From Oedothorax gibbosus (taxonomy: Eukaryota), in NCBI GenBank assembly GCA_019343175.1, contig CM033278.1, positions 14,865,400-14,929,399 on the forward strand: a DNA stretch of 64,000 nucleotides. The letters are read 5' to 3'. A model generated the notes under the pieces. The model searched no databases. It had not been told where the DNA came from and saw nothing but the letters and a program-made list of their open reading frames with translations. This document shows positions 63,797-64,000 of this stretch, piece after piece; position 1 is the first letter of the stretch; each line of letters starts with the position of its first letter. The position numbers and the translations under genes are program-made.

Positions 63797-64000
63797 ATTT
63801 ATGATCGTTTTCCCTTGGTCATCTTCTGATGCAGCAGGGGACAGATATTGGTGAGAAACCCTTTGCATTTCGATAAGAAACTTTTCAAACTCCTTCAACA
63901 TTTCAAATATCCTTAAACTGTCTGATTTCATATCACATTTCTTTTGGAAGAAATCCCAAAAGGGAACTACTTGAGCAATTTTAGGTAAAGCAGCTTCAAC
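63797..64000 (-). CDS. unidentified nuclear-protein gene, upstream exon (runs to the window edge, partial)
   Basis: Open frame ..VEAALPKIAQVVPFWDFFQKKCDMKSDSLRIFEMLKEFEKFLIEMQRVSHQYLSPAASEDDQGKTIIN; donor GTAAGT at 63796-63791. Confidence 0.45.

Noticed and set aside
1-64000. CRISPR arrays, operons and prokaryotic defence islands
   Set aside because: The sequence is eukaryotic: there are introns with GT-AG, poly(A) signals, SINEs, MITEs and an intron-containing tRNA. No direct-repeat/spacer architecture is present. The tandem arrays found have variable microsatellite cores rather than unique spacers.

Overview
This is AT-rich (about 30% GC) eukaryotic nuclear DNA, most likely from an invertebrate metazoan. 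It has spliceosomal introns with GT..AG boundaries, AATAAA poly(A) signals, tRNA-derived SINEs and Tc1/mariner-, piggyBac-, hAT- and Helitron-like non-autonomous elements. It is not prokaryotic: there is no operon structure and no CRISPR array. All calls were made by eye from the sequence; no searches or folding programs were run.

Five protein-coding genes were recognised by motif-level similarity to well-known families, with splice sites placed by hand:
- A SEC14-like CRAL-TRIO + GOLD lipid-transfer gene on the + strand, with 11 exons found between 8833 and 19397. The 5' exons were not located.
- An intronless TAF7 (TFIID subunit 7) on the + strand, 40579..41757.
- An 8-exon ribokinase on the - strand, 51905..45386.
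- A tetraspanin on the - strand, 58029..56580.
- The 3' part of an unidentified Ser/Asn/Gln-rich nuclear protein on the - strand, from the window edge at 64000 down to 60837.

An intron-containing tRNA-Leu(CAA) lies at 37305..37420 (-).

The rest is a dense nest of repeats. The most unusual item is a 3.6-kb element with roughly 600-840-bp terminal inverted repeats at 1152..4793. It carries a frameshifted ORF for a FEN1/XPG-type 5' nuclease (N, I and H3TH regions recognisable) fused to a C-terminal cysteine-rich CXC domain. A second fragment of the same ORF sits at the centre of a ~3.9-kb near-perfect palindrome at 32268..36207. I could not assign this element to a known transposon superfamily.

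Other recurrent structures include:
- Three copies of a Helitron-like non-autonomous element with A|TC...CTAG|T ends.
- hAT-like MITEs with CAGTGGCG termini and an 8-bp target-site duplication.
- A piggyBac-like MITE with TTAA duplications.
- Tc1-like MITEs with TA duplications.
- Two tRNA-derived SINE families.
- Foldback elements.
- A 245-300-bp tandem array present as 4 units in one intron and 1 unit in a paralogous copy in another gene's intron.
- A recurring GCGGATCCAGG motif next to long G/C homopolymer tracts.
- Inverted 300-bp segments with GTGGAAGAACGTGCTAAGTGACA subterminal repeats bracketing a 7.9-kb repeat nest.
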